From a virus (lineage: Duplodnaviria > Caudoviricetes): DNA of 31,774 nt. The notes under the pieces were generated by a model. That model was given only the letters and a program-made list of their open reading frames with translations. It did no database searches and was not told the origin of the DNA. The stretch is taken from positions 1 through 31,774 of IMG/VR virus record IMGVR_UViG_3300010413_000114. One strand, 5' to 3'. How positions within the stretch are numbered: the stretch's first letter is position 1; each line of letters starts with the position of its first letter. The translations under genes and the position numbers were made by a program. Shown here in pieces: positions 8,383 through 20,300 of the stretch.

Positions 8383-11300
8383 TTACTGTATCGGACTGTA
8401 TTGCATAAACTGTGTGACCAGGATCTCATCAATGAAGGTATCGAGATCCCCACCGGGCCGACCCATATCTTCCCAGATCTTACGTACTGCTATTCTGGCA
8501 CCATCTGAAAGCGGATCTCCGGTCCAGTAATAGCCCATCAAGGAACGAACCAGGCTAGTGGGCATCTCATCAATATTCACTTGTACTTTCTTCTCATAGT
8601 TATTTCCAAGCACATCTTCCGCAATTGATTCTACAGACTTAAGATATGGGATCATTTCCGGGTACATGCTCAGGAAGGAATCTTTGTGGTCCCAGAAGTC
8701 GATCAACTGTGGGAATTCCTTCAGATACTGTCGCTTGGCATTGCGTGTTGGTTGCTCATAGTAACCATTCTGTATATCGTAGATCTCATCACCCCAGAGG
8801 GTTTCGACCTGACCGTAATACTGGTAGTACAACGCTTGGGCCTCAGCTGGAGCACCTTTCATTTTCGCTTGATCACTAAGCACGTACTCAATGATGTCCG
8901 GATGTTCTGATAGATAAACCGTTTGCCAATCATAGTAGTCGTCAAACATGGGCATCTCGTCAGAGATTTTCTGTCTTTGATTTTCAGGTAGAGAGTAGAG
9001 CATATCCCACATCCGACTCAGGTGTGGGAACCGGGTATTACGTTCATCAACGTAGGCCTGGTACTGAGTGTCTATCTCGGGTGGGGAGAACTCGAACTCC
9101 ACCTGCGGTAATTCGGGCGCACTAGTAGGTACATACTCGCCCATTGTCTTGGACCACAGTGCAAGGGTTGCGGTGTCTATGCTGTCATAACTGCGAGTTT
9201 CCTTATCAAGGAAGGCATTCTGGAATACATCACCTAATCGTTCGGTCACCTCCTTTTTTTGTAGGCTAGACAATTTATTATTGTAGGCATCCCAGATCTT
9301 AGACCGCATTAGCATTCGCAGTCTTTCTTCTGGGTCATCAATAAAGCTTTGTTTCCTGGCCTGATATTCTGGGTATTCATCGAAGAATTTCCCAACGGTG
9401 TCTTCATATTTGCCACCATTGACCCAGGCCTCCATGGCTTTGTCATAATCATTCTTCAATGCTCGTTGCTTCTGTTCTCCTTCTGGGAACAGATCTACAC
9501 CGAAGGGTCCACCAATCCATCTTAGCTGGCCCGTAGCTGCTACCCTACGTTCTGCTTCCTCGAATGCAGGTCCTGAATATTCCACCTGTGCTCTCAGTAT
9601 TTCTTCTGTATCCCATCCTTCTGCAGCCATGTTGGATAGCTCACGTTCTATTCTATAATCCTGCCACATGTCCTGCTCTGGGAGGCCCAGCTGCTTTCGC
9701 AATGGAGCTTCTATATTGATGCCCTTGTTGGACCCACCGAGCATACCACCCAACATTCCTGTGATGTTTTGTATGGTCCTGGAGATGGGTAGCTGGCTGA
9801 TACGTTCTGGTCTACCTTTATAGACTTCGTACGCCCAGGTCAGTGGAAGGGACCACCCAAGTAATACCCGGCTGAATTCTATTGGTGAAGTGATCTCGGG
9901 TTCCACATCCAGGTAAGCCTTGCTGTAAGCTTGTTCCCAAACAGGTCCCTCGAGATTAGTCAAAGCTAGTTTAGCTTCTTCTGGTGTGATCTCCCCGTTC
10001 TCCACCTGGTTCTCAATTATTCCCTGCGCTCGTTTATTGATCAGGTTCTGTTCTTCTGCGTATGCATCATAAGGCCTGGTCAGCTGGGTGAAGGGAAATA
10101 GCTTCTTGAGTGGATCCATGTACAGACCACCACCCATCCATTCTGGCAAGAACGGTGTTGGCATTCTGATCTTATTCTCGAGGCGTTTTGGAAAACCAGG
10201 TTGTTGTAATGCTTTGGTTTGTGCAGATCTCAGCCTGGCATAGTTCGCAAATATTGCAGGACTATCCATAGCACGCAAGGCCCACTTAGCTGCAGACCTG
10301 GTGTACCAGAATTGATAGGGCATGATAGCTTGCAACAGGTTATCAAAGTTATATCTCTTGTTGTAATTCAGAAGAGCTGAGTCCCTCTTCATCTCACCGT
10401 ACCTGGTTGCTGCAAGCTTCGTATCATTCTGCTGACCATACACATTACCCATATATCCACGCAGATCTCGCATGGTTTCTTCTGGAATAGCCTGGCCAAC
10501 ATTCTGGATTCCTTCCGGGATCACTGCATCATCACTTGCTATTCTTTCCCTGGCCCCATCGAGTAGTGGTTTCAATATTGTTTCATAACCATCCAGTGCC
10601 ATCCAGCTCTGGGGTGCATTGTCATCTATGTCACCAACAGACCCAGGTGGAAGGTTCATAGCTGGATTATCTTCTATCTGAGGCAGGTTCAATTCCCGGC
10701 CATCTTCCATCTGGAAGAGGATCGAAGGGTTCTCAGGATCATAGAGTCCACCATTGTAGATTGATTTGACCTGCTTACTGTCGAACACCACATAGGATAT
10801 TGCGTCAACCCGATCAGCTGCTCTACCGTTTCTCCATACATCAATGTAGTCAGGGAATATGAAACCATCATAACCATTAGATCTTGCAATCCTGGTTAGA
10901 TCTGTCGAGTCATTTAGGACCTTCATCAATACCCATGGTATAGCTGGAGCAGCACGCCCCTGATCAGTGTACAGTTTAGTGATCTTGTTGTAGATGAATT
11001 CTTCTGTTAGTCCTTCTGCTGCAAATTCCGGAATTGATCCAATAGCCTTTGCCAGGTCCCTGATTGCATCAACGGATGAGTCATAGCTATGTTTCAAATT
11101 GCTAAGATCTAGAGGGTTCTCCATTTTAAGATTGACAGGTTTTATTCTTGCATTGTTCCATTCACCTGCCATCTCTGATGCATACCTTGGATCATCTGTA
11201 AAATACATCCATCCTCTGACACCCTGCCTCGGATCGAAGATATCAAAGTCGGCACCATCGTAATTCATTTTGCTGGTCCCATGATAGACTGTCTTTGGTG

Positions 11301-14300
11301 CGCCATCTTCATCCATAATCTTGGACTCGCCAAACCATTTCATGAAGTTCTCAGCTCTGGCATCGGGTGGTTGGATCCTTGCGTATCCTTGTTCGGTCCG
11401 GATCTTGTACTCTTCGATCTCTGGGTATTCAGCTAATAGCCTGTCGTATACACCTCTCATCTCATCTGTAAGATTTGGCAGCTGTCCTTTTGCCCTTGCG
11501 TAGATCGTTGCAATCCATTCCTTTAGCTGCTCGAATACTCTTGCTAATCCCTCGACCGGGGCCTTACCTTCTCGTAGATACTGCACCCAACCATCAGCGA
11601 ATTTCTCCTCTGCTGCCCTGGTCCATACACCGTTCTTCGCCCCAGCCCAATCCTCAGCTATCTTCAGATCTGCAGCATCAAGATCTCTCCGGAATATATG
11701 ACCCACTTCATGTAGGACCGTTGTCAGATCTGGATTGTTCAGTGCATGAATAATGGCCTTGCCGTCATCTAGGAATGACACCGCACCTCGTGCTGTTTCA
11801 CCCATCATCTGATCATAGGACATCTTGTATAGTACATTGCTGTCCTTGTCGGTTAGGCCAATCATCCGATCAAAGATACCTTTCACTGTATCGTTGACTG
11901 TTGCTTTATATGCTGTGTTCGATTTGACCTTCCAATAGATTCTGCTCAACCACTCGTTGAACTTATCGAACATTGGCTGCAGTCTCTCGGGTATTGGCAA
12001 TCTGTATGTCCCACTGGTAACATAATTCTTTCGTTTCTTAAGATAGATTTCGAACCAGGTCCCAACTTTATTTAGTGCAGCTTCATTCCATTCGGCTCCT
12101 GCTTTCAGTCCTGCTTCAGCTTTCAATATTGAACTATCATCTGGTGTTAGATACTTCACGAATACTGGCATCAATGAGTTAGCAAAATCCCCAACATTAG
12201 TTGCATCACTGAAGGCGTGCATAATAGCTTTGCCATCATGGCCGAATTCAACAGCTGATCTATTGACACCATTCAATACCATGTTGATGATATCGCCACC
12301 ATCACCACGTTTGAAACCACAGCACACACCACAGGTAGAACAACGACCAGTGCCACAACACAACTTGGACCAGGCCTTGTCTGTGAATTCATCCATGGTT
12401 GCATCAGGCCCAGCCCATTTGTGCAGGAAGTCTTCATCTATAGCCTTGAAGAATTCTGGGACCTTGCGTGAGCTATACATGTTGGCCAATATATCTACAG
12501 TATTGGGGCCTAATACTTCCTTCAAATGTGGATCTTGATAATCCCATACGATCTTGAATATATCCGGATCGACATTGCCATGGTATAGAGTAACCACATC
12601 GAACCGATCATCCATAATAGCTTTGACGGCATCTTCTGCATTCATGGCCACATAACGAACAGCTACTCTTGGATTGTCTTTTGCCAGTGCTGCTGCTTCA
12701 TCTATGTCCCAACCAAATGATATCTCTCGGTTCGCAGTTGTCAGTGACTCAACTAACATGCTTTGTTGTCTCATTACGAACTTAGCCATCTCTGGTAATT
12801 CATCAGCTGGCATACTCTTGATCACATCAAGTCGAGGCATCATTGCATCAATCTCTTTAGGACTATGACCACCAGCTTTCAGCAATTGTCTATTCTGTTC
12901 AATCAATTGTGTAAGTGCAAATTCAGATAATGCATCAGCATGTTGTGGGTTGTAATCGGTGGAGAGATTGAAATAGACATGTTCGTACTGGCCGTATCTT
13001 TCCAGTGCTTCTGGTTGTTTGGTGATCATCTTTAGATTCAGACCACGTTCTGCAGCATCAGCTACTGCCTGGTCCAGGACCGGGATATCCATCTCTTGAA
13101 AATCACCAATGCTAAACACCCTCATTCCACCGGAGGCATTCAAGAAGTCAACTGTATCCTGTGGCATATCTAGTATTTGCATAGACTCATATGGTGCAGA
13201 TTCGTATATCAGGTTTGGATTAACAGGTCCTTTCTGTATACCCACAGCTTTTTTGGATCTTGGCAAATCAACATAACAGATTATGCATGAACGATTCATT
13301 TTCCTGAATGGACAATTAGCAGAAACATCTAAGGCCATTAGTGTTTTGTCATTCAAATGAACTGCATTAAACCCCTTCATTTTCTTGCCAGTGACCGGGT
13401 CTATTATTGGCAATCCTGTATCGGGATCCTTTATTTCAAATGACCTGTTCTTCCTCATAATGAAGTTAACAAAATCATCAAAGTATTTATCTGAATCCTG
13501 GCCATGAACCTTATTCAAATATTCTGTGACTGCCATGTTGTCGATGTCTGGTAGTGCAGTTTTGTATATCATCCCGGTCGCAGTAGAATCATATTGCGAT
13601 CTCTTCACACCACCCCAGTTGATAGATACAAAGTGATCTGGATCTATACCTGCAGTCTCGGCCACAGCTTCTACTAATGCGCCTACATACTTGGCCTGTT
13701 CGGGTGTGACTCGGGTCCCGGTATTCTGTATCTGACTAACAAACTCGGCCAATGTTTGCGGTGGTGTAATGGTTTGTTCAGGCCTGGCAGATCCCTTTAG
13801 ATATGCACTGTCAGGTAGCATCTGGAATAGAGATGACCGTGATGGTTTCTCGTTGGTGATCTCAGCAAAGTGGGTTGCATAATATTCTTCAGGTGTCTTG
13901 CCATACTTCTTGGCCCAGAGATTAGCTCTTCGATCAATGACATCAATCACCACCTGTGCTTCTTCTGGCCACAGTTCAAAGTAGTGCATCAAGTCCATAT
14001 GGACCTGCATCTTATTCATACCCAGTGCAGCTGCAGCCATGTTCTGTTCACCGAATAATGGACCACCCACTTCACCACTGCCAGCATTGACGGCACCTTT
14101 CATCCTCAGCTGGGACTGCATTGCATCTTCCATGCCGGGCAGTATTGGTTGTGGTTCTTCACCTGGTTTGAATTTACCACCCTTAGCTTCTTGCATTTCT
14201 AGTGTGAGCTTCGGCCGTTCTTCTGGGAACATGCTCAGTTGTTCTGCAGGTTGGAATAGAATGGATGGTCCATCGGTGTAGTTGCCGTCATGCCAGATGG

Positions 14301-17300
14301 ATTTGATCTGGTTCGCCCGGAATGCCACCCAGGAATAATCGTTTGTTACATTACCAAATTCGTCAACCACGCCTTCTACTGCATTGATATATTTCAGACC
14401 ATCGTAACCCAGATCCTCAATATAATTTCTTAGTACCCTCCACTGTAATTGCTGAGAATCTTTAAACTGACGTTCCCATGCAAAGTATTCTGCATCGGTC
14501 CACTTCTCACCTTCAACATATTTAGATATAAACTCTCCGTATGTTTCGCCTTTGACTTTATCTATCTCATTTATAAGTTTCATTGACTCTCTAAAACTTA
14601 TGTAATTTCTTTTTTCCATATCCTCAATGAGCTTATAAGGATCAAACGCATCCGATACTTCCATAGGATTTACAATCTTCAATATGACCGGAAGGATCCT
14701 GGAATTCTCGGGGGGTGCAGTGTCCAATAATCCAAACATTTGCAATCTGTCATTGGCAGCTTTTGCTGTACCAAAGTGAAACCCTATATCAGATGATCTT
14801 GCAAAGATAGTGAATGGTTGTTCAGCATCGGTACCGTGGTATACAACTAGTGGCATACCATTAGATTCTGATACAGCACTTTCTCCAAACCAGCGCATAC
14901 TTGCTTCATCACCAACCTGATACAGTATCTCGGGGAGAGTGTCATCCTTAGCTGTGGACCTGGCTGCATCATCAAGATTGGTAGCACGCCTGATGTATTC
15001 CTGGATCTCCTTGGCATAGGGGATCGTCTTCATGATGTCATCCATCTCGGGGATGGTTGGCTCGGCCGGGTATTTCAGATCAGCAAGCCTGGCCTGGATC
15101 GCAAGGTAATCATCGATCAGGTCCTGGGATGCATCCTTTGGCATGGTCAATTCAAGGTCAGTCAATCGAGCTTCTACTTTCTCAAGCTGTCCTTCTATCG
15201 TGATAATACGGGGATCTCTGAGAGTCTTCTCGACATCATTCAGTTCTCGTCTAAATAGATTCTCGGAAAAGTCCAGGCCCAATGATGCTCGAACATCAGA
15301 TCTATTTCCTATGTCACCCAGTGCTATTTCCCTGAGGGACCTGGTTATAGCCACATCAACTGCCTCACCTTTAATCATGTCTTGAAGAGCACCTACGATC
15401 GCATATTTCTTTCGCCTGGTTGCAGGTATATCGTTATTCGGATTATTGTAGTAAGTCTGCTTGAAGGTTTCGTACCATACCGGGTAAGTCTTTGGTAGAG
15501 TGCTTTCGTATCTGCCTTCAATATAGATATCTTGTGCTGGTTGTCCCATCTCGATCTCGGCCAGCATTTCACCTAGTCTTTCCTCGAGTGCTGCCCTTAC
15601 AACTTCATCACCGATCTCACTAATAGGCACAGTTGCATCCAGGATCTGATGCTCTACTGGATGTAACTTCCTTCCTAGCATCATTTCCTTTTTCAGATCT
15701 CGAACCTTAGCCACTGCTGCAAGGATCTCTTCTGGTGTATCGATCAGTGATAGGTTTAGTTCTCGTGCTACCTCCAGGTGCTCTGGCATATCAGCTGTAA
15801 ACAACCACTCGTTTACATAATTGGTCAGCTGTTCTGTTGCCTCGGGTGTCAATGCCTTAGTGACCGCACTAACTTCCCTTTCAATTCTTTGTAATTTCTC
15901 CTCGATGTAACCCCAATCGGGATATGTTTTGGTCAGCTCTCTGAAGACATCACCTGCACCTTCAGCTATGATACCGATATCCCGGTTCTCCATTGCCTTG
16001 GGTAGTTGCTCAACGGTATCGTTCTGCCAGTTGTACCATTCAAGATCCTGCTCTTTAGGTGGTTGTATCTGCCAGTATTGGACATCGACCCCGGACTCCT
16101 TCATCTCTTTGCGTTTCTCGAACACTGCCCGGGCCAGCTCTTCAGTAATATCATTGAAGGTATAAACATCATCAGCTTGTTTGGCCAGGTTTGGATCATC
16201 AAGGATGGGACCGTATTTCTTTACCGTCTGATATATTCGGCCATCAGCACCACGTTTATAGTGACCTGCAGTATCAGCTGTTTCTATTCCATATTCCTGG
16301 GCAACCTTCCTTACCTTCCCACGCTGGACCCTTTGGTATTCCTCATATGCCATTCGCCAGATATCGTTCAGCTCTTCTGATGTGCGACCACCAAGGGCCT
16401 CATGGATCTGTTCGATGTCATCAAGTGCAGCACCCAGCTGTTCCCAATCCTGAGATACCACAGCTTCACCGAGTTTCTTTTGTGCTACCTCGGAGGCCTT
16501 TCTATTTCTCAGGTCGATCAGTTCTTGCTGCCTCATTGCTGATATAGCATCGGCAGCTGATCCAATTATCTTAGGTTCAGGTGGTGGTGGTGCTTCTGGG
16601 ATCTCCGCACCCAATGCTGCTTTCTCGGCAGGTCCTTCCATTCCAACAGGGGTTACTTCACCTGGTACTGCTGGTTCCATGGGTTTAGGTCCACCTTCTG
16701 GTGCAGCATGTGTGGGTGGTGCGCTTGGTTCTGGACCGGGACCTGGTTCTGTTGGTGGTGCTTTCTCCTCGCCTACACCCATGATCTTGCGGATCATTTC
16801 CCTAACACCAACTACATTGCGTTCATACTTAGATAAGATCTTCTCGTAATAACCACCACCTGTCTGCAGGAAATTACGCCAGGCATCATGTCTCTTCTTA
16901 CCTTTGATTGTCTTTAGTCTTTCCTGGAACTTGTCCATCTCCAGGTTCATTTCTTTGACGATATTGCGAACACCCTCTCTCCATTCTGTAACAGCTTGTT
17001 TGCCAATGTCACCAAATTGATTGTATGCAAGCTCGGCCAGGTGATTATCCATAGCTTCCATCAGCTGCATCTCTTGGTCCATTCTTATACGTGATAGCTC
17101 GTTGATCGTATCTACTGTACTGGACCATCCTGCATCACGTTCAACCTTGGATTTCCATTGCGTACCCCAGAATTCATCTAATGCTTTTTGTTTCGCATAA
17201 TAGAATTCTTTATTGTTCAACATCTTTTCTTCTACAAATCGCAACAACTCCAGGGTATCAGGACCGCATACACCCAGGCCTTGAGCAATGCCCAGGTAGT

Positions 17301-20300
17301 GTGCTTTCTCGATCATGTAGTATCTATTCCAGTGTGCAGTTTCCTGTGCTCTGGTCTTCTGGTACAGTGCGGATCGTGCATCAAAGTCAAGCTTCTCCCC
17401 GGCCAGGAAGGCAGCTTCCCAATGTTCATATCCAGCTAACCATCTTTGCGTGTACTGTTCTTGGAGCTTATCCCATATCGGCAGCACACCAACCAATCCT
17501 TCACCCTGTGCAGAGGTAGCAAGTGCAGCCTGTTCGGTCATAGCTTTTGTTTCTCGTGTGATCATCTCGTCTAGCTTCTTAACGATATGCTCATCTAAAC
17601 TATTGAATACATCCATGACCTGTTCAGGTGTGACTGCATCTACTAGACGCTCATCCAGGAATTCTTTCACCCCCAACTTGCTGATCAAATCCGTAGCCTG
17701 GTTGATGTCTAATGGTATACCTGCAGCCTGAGATTCCTTTACCATATCATCGACTGCCCAGCTCAACCCCCGGCGTTTTATATTGGCCCACAGTCTATTC
17801 TCAATAGCTTTCTGTGATATTCCACCTTCAATAATTCCGTATATCAATTCGGGTAGATCTGGATTGAGTGCTCTTAGATCATTCTCCAGGATAGCTGGCA
17901 TTCGATCGAAACCTAATCCCCTTCTCCAGTTAGTATCATAAAATTGTTTGGTAGCTATCGTATATCCTTGGGCCGAGGCATGAGCTTCAGCGTTAGATGA
18001 CAATGTTTGGAAGACCTGGATCTTCTCAACCCCTTTCGATCTTAGTATGCGATTGACCTTGTTTAGGAAGTCAGTCTTTTTCGTTGCCTCAGTTAATCCA
18101 GTGTAATCAACATTAATCCCGGTGGCATAAGGACCTTGGCCATCACTATATCGGACCGGGCGCATACCCTTTCCCAACATTTCATCCCAAATCTTGGCCC
18201 GGGATGCTGGTGTATTGAAACCGAATATACCCTCAGCTATGGATACCACCGTGTTATCGATCGTGTTGTTGAAGAAGTAAGTTGGGTTAAGCCCGAGCAG
18301 CAAGAAGCTTTGTGATGCCTTCATCGTGTTAGATAATCGGACCCACAGTGGATCAGGTTTCACACCGAACCAGGTTGCTGCCCATTTGCTCATGTGTTCC
18401 ATCTGTGCTCCAACCATAGCTTTCTTAAGATGATCGAAGTCAACAAATGTATTATCGTTGGTGAAGGGAAGAAGCTTCTGTCTTAGATTGTCGGCATATA
18501 AGGTGCCATCCTCAATACTCTTGATTATGAGCTTGGCTGCATCAGTATCTGTTTCATATGCTGCACGCTTTATAGTCTCGAACACAGCATCGAACTCTTT
18601 TACTTCTTTGATCTTTTGCAACAACCCAGATGTGGAATCCTTTAGCATATCCCTTACAGCATGGAAGATCCCACGGTTCCAATCATATGCCTTGAAGTTA
18701 TCTACCATTTCTGTGGCCGTGGGCATAAAGTCTTTGCTGGCCATTGGTATCACCCGGGCATCAGGTGATTGTATTGCCTTCATTGAAAGCTCAGTTGCCA
18801 ATTCATCTGGCGTATTACTGATCTTATCGACCAGGCCCAGTAGCTCATCTTCATTCTTGGCCGTGTCATAAACCTTCATCAATACATCAGCACCATGGTT
18901 TAGAGTCTCACCAGCTCTGGCCTTTGGCTGCAGCTGGAACAGCCAGGATACTGCACGAATGGCAGCGTTGTTACTTGGTTTGTAATTCACGGATCGAGGC
19001 ACGCCATCTTTAGTAACATCACCCAACCACCTGGCCACGGATCCCATGGTAGCTATCTCTTCTGCAGGTACAGCTCTACGTAATATGGCACCATAGGTTT
19101 GGAACACTTTTGGCACACCACCCTGGACTCTTGCTGCCATCTGGAGATATTTGTTTTTGGTAAGCCCGGCATATGCTTTGATTGGAGCTTTGGTTATAGG
19201 TCCTGCAACATTCAGCGGATCGAGCGCAACTTGTCCAACCAGGTCCGAGGTAATAGCATTCAGGTTTAGCATGCCGTCAACGTACATAGCACGCTCCATG
19301 ATCTCCCTTACATTGGCATCTGGATTACTGACCAGCTCATTGAAGACACTCCATACCAGATCATCACCAGTAATAGGTGCCTCCATTGGTGCAGCAGCTC
19401 CGAGATACCACTCCTCACCTGGTCCAGCTATGTAATCAAATATTTGTTCTGGATGTTCTATCTTCCCCTTCTTCATTGCCTCAGCTACACTAGCAAGATT
19501 CCATATTCCTGATCCACCACCACGAGAAGTTGCCATACCACGAAACATCCTTGCTAATCCAGGTATTGCATCCTTCCACTCAAGATCACCACTGTCCTCT
19601 TTTTCCTTGAGCCAACTGTATGTATCTTCCAAGTGATACATAACATCAGGGATTCCAGCTGACTGACCAGATTCATAGTATGCAAGGTTCGCTTCATATG
19701 CCTGAGGTAGATTAGCAAGAATAGTTTCCAGGTCCCTTCCTTCTTCTGGGTATCTCCATGCATTCCATAACATCTCCCCTGTACCCAGTGCTCTTTCCAT
19801 ATGTTCAGCTGGTACGTTCAACCACTTAAGAATATTGCTGACCAATGGCATACCTGGAGCTTCAGGATATTTTTGTGCAAGCAGACCCACTCCTCCCAAA
19901 CCTGCACCCATAGCACCACCAATTAATGTCCCAACACCAGGCGCACCAAATGTACCCATGACGGCACCCATCAATGTTGGCTGCACAATACCACCACCAG
20001 CTGTCATCAACCCCTGCATTGTCTTCATCCAGGTAGGTAGCTCTTCGTATTGTTTGTTGGTGAGTCCACCTAGTGCAGGGTTCTGGATGTCTTCCTCGGG
20101 GATCGTGCTATATGGTTGCTGCCATCCTCGTCTGATGTCAGATAGTGGTACTCTTCCACCCGGGTAATACTCTCGAATACCTGCCCATGGATCCTTGGGT
20201 GGCTGGGGTAGGTTCAATAGCTCCAATGATGTGGGATCATCGTAGGGCAAATAATTCCACAACCACCATGGTTTACCTGCATTCTGTTCGGAGAGCTTCT

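Noticed and set aside
12315-13600. Inserted Cys-rich segment as an intein or homing endonuclease
   Set aside because: No intein N-terminal C/S block, no HN-C/S/T terminus and no LAGLIDADG or HNH motif seen.
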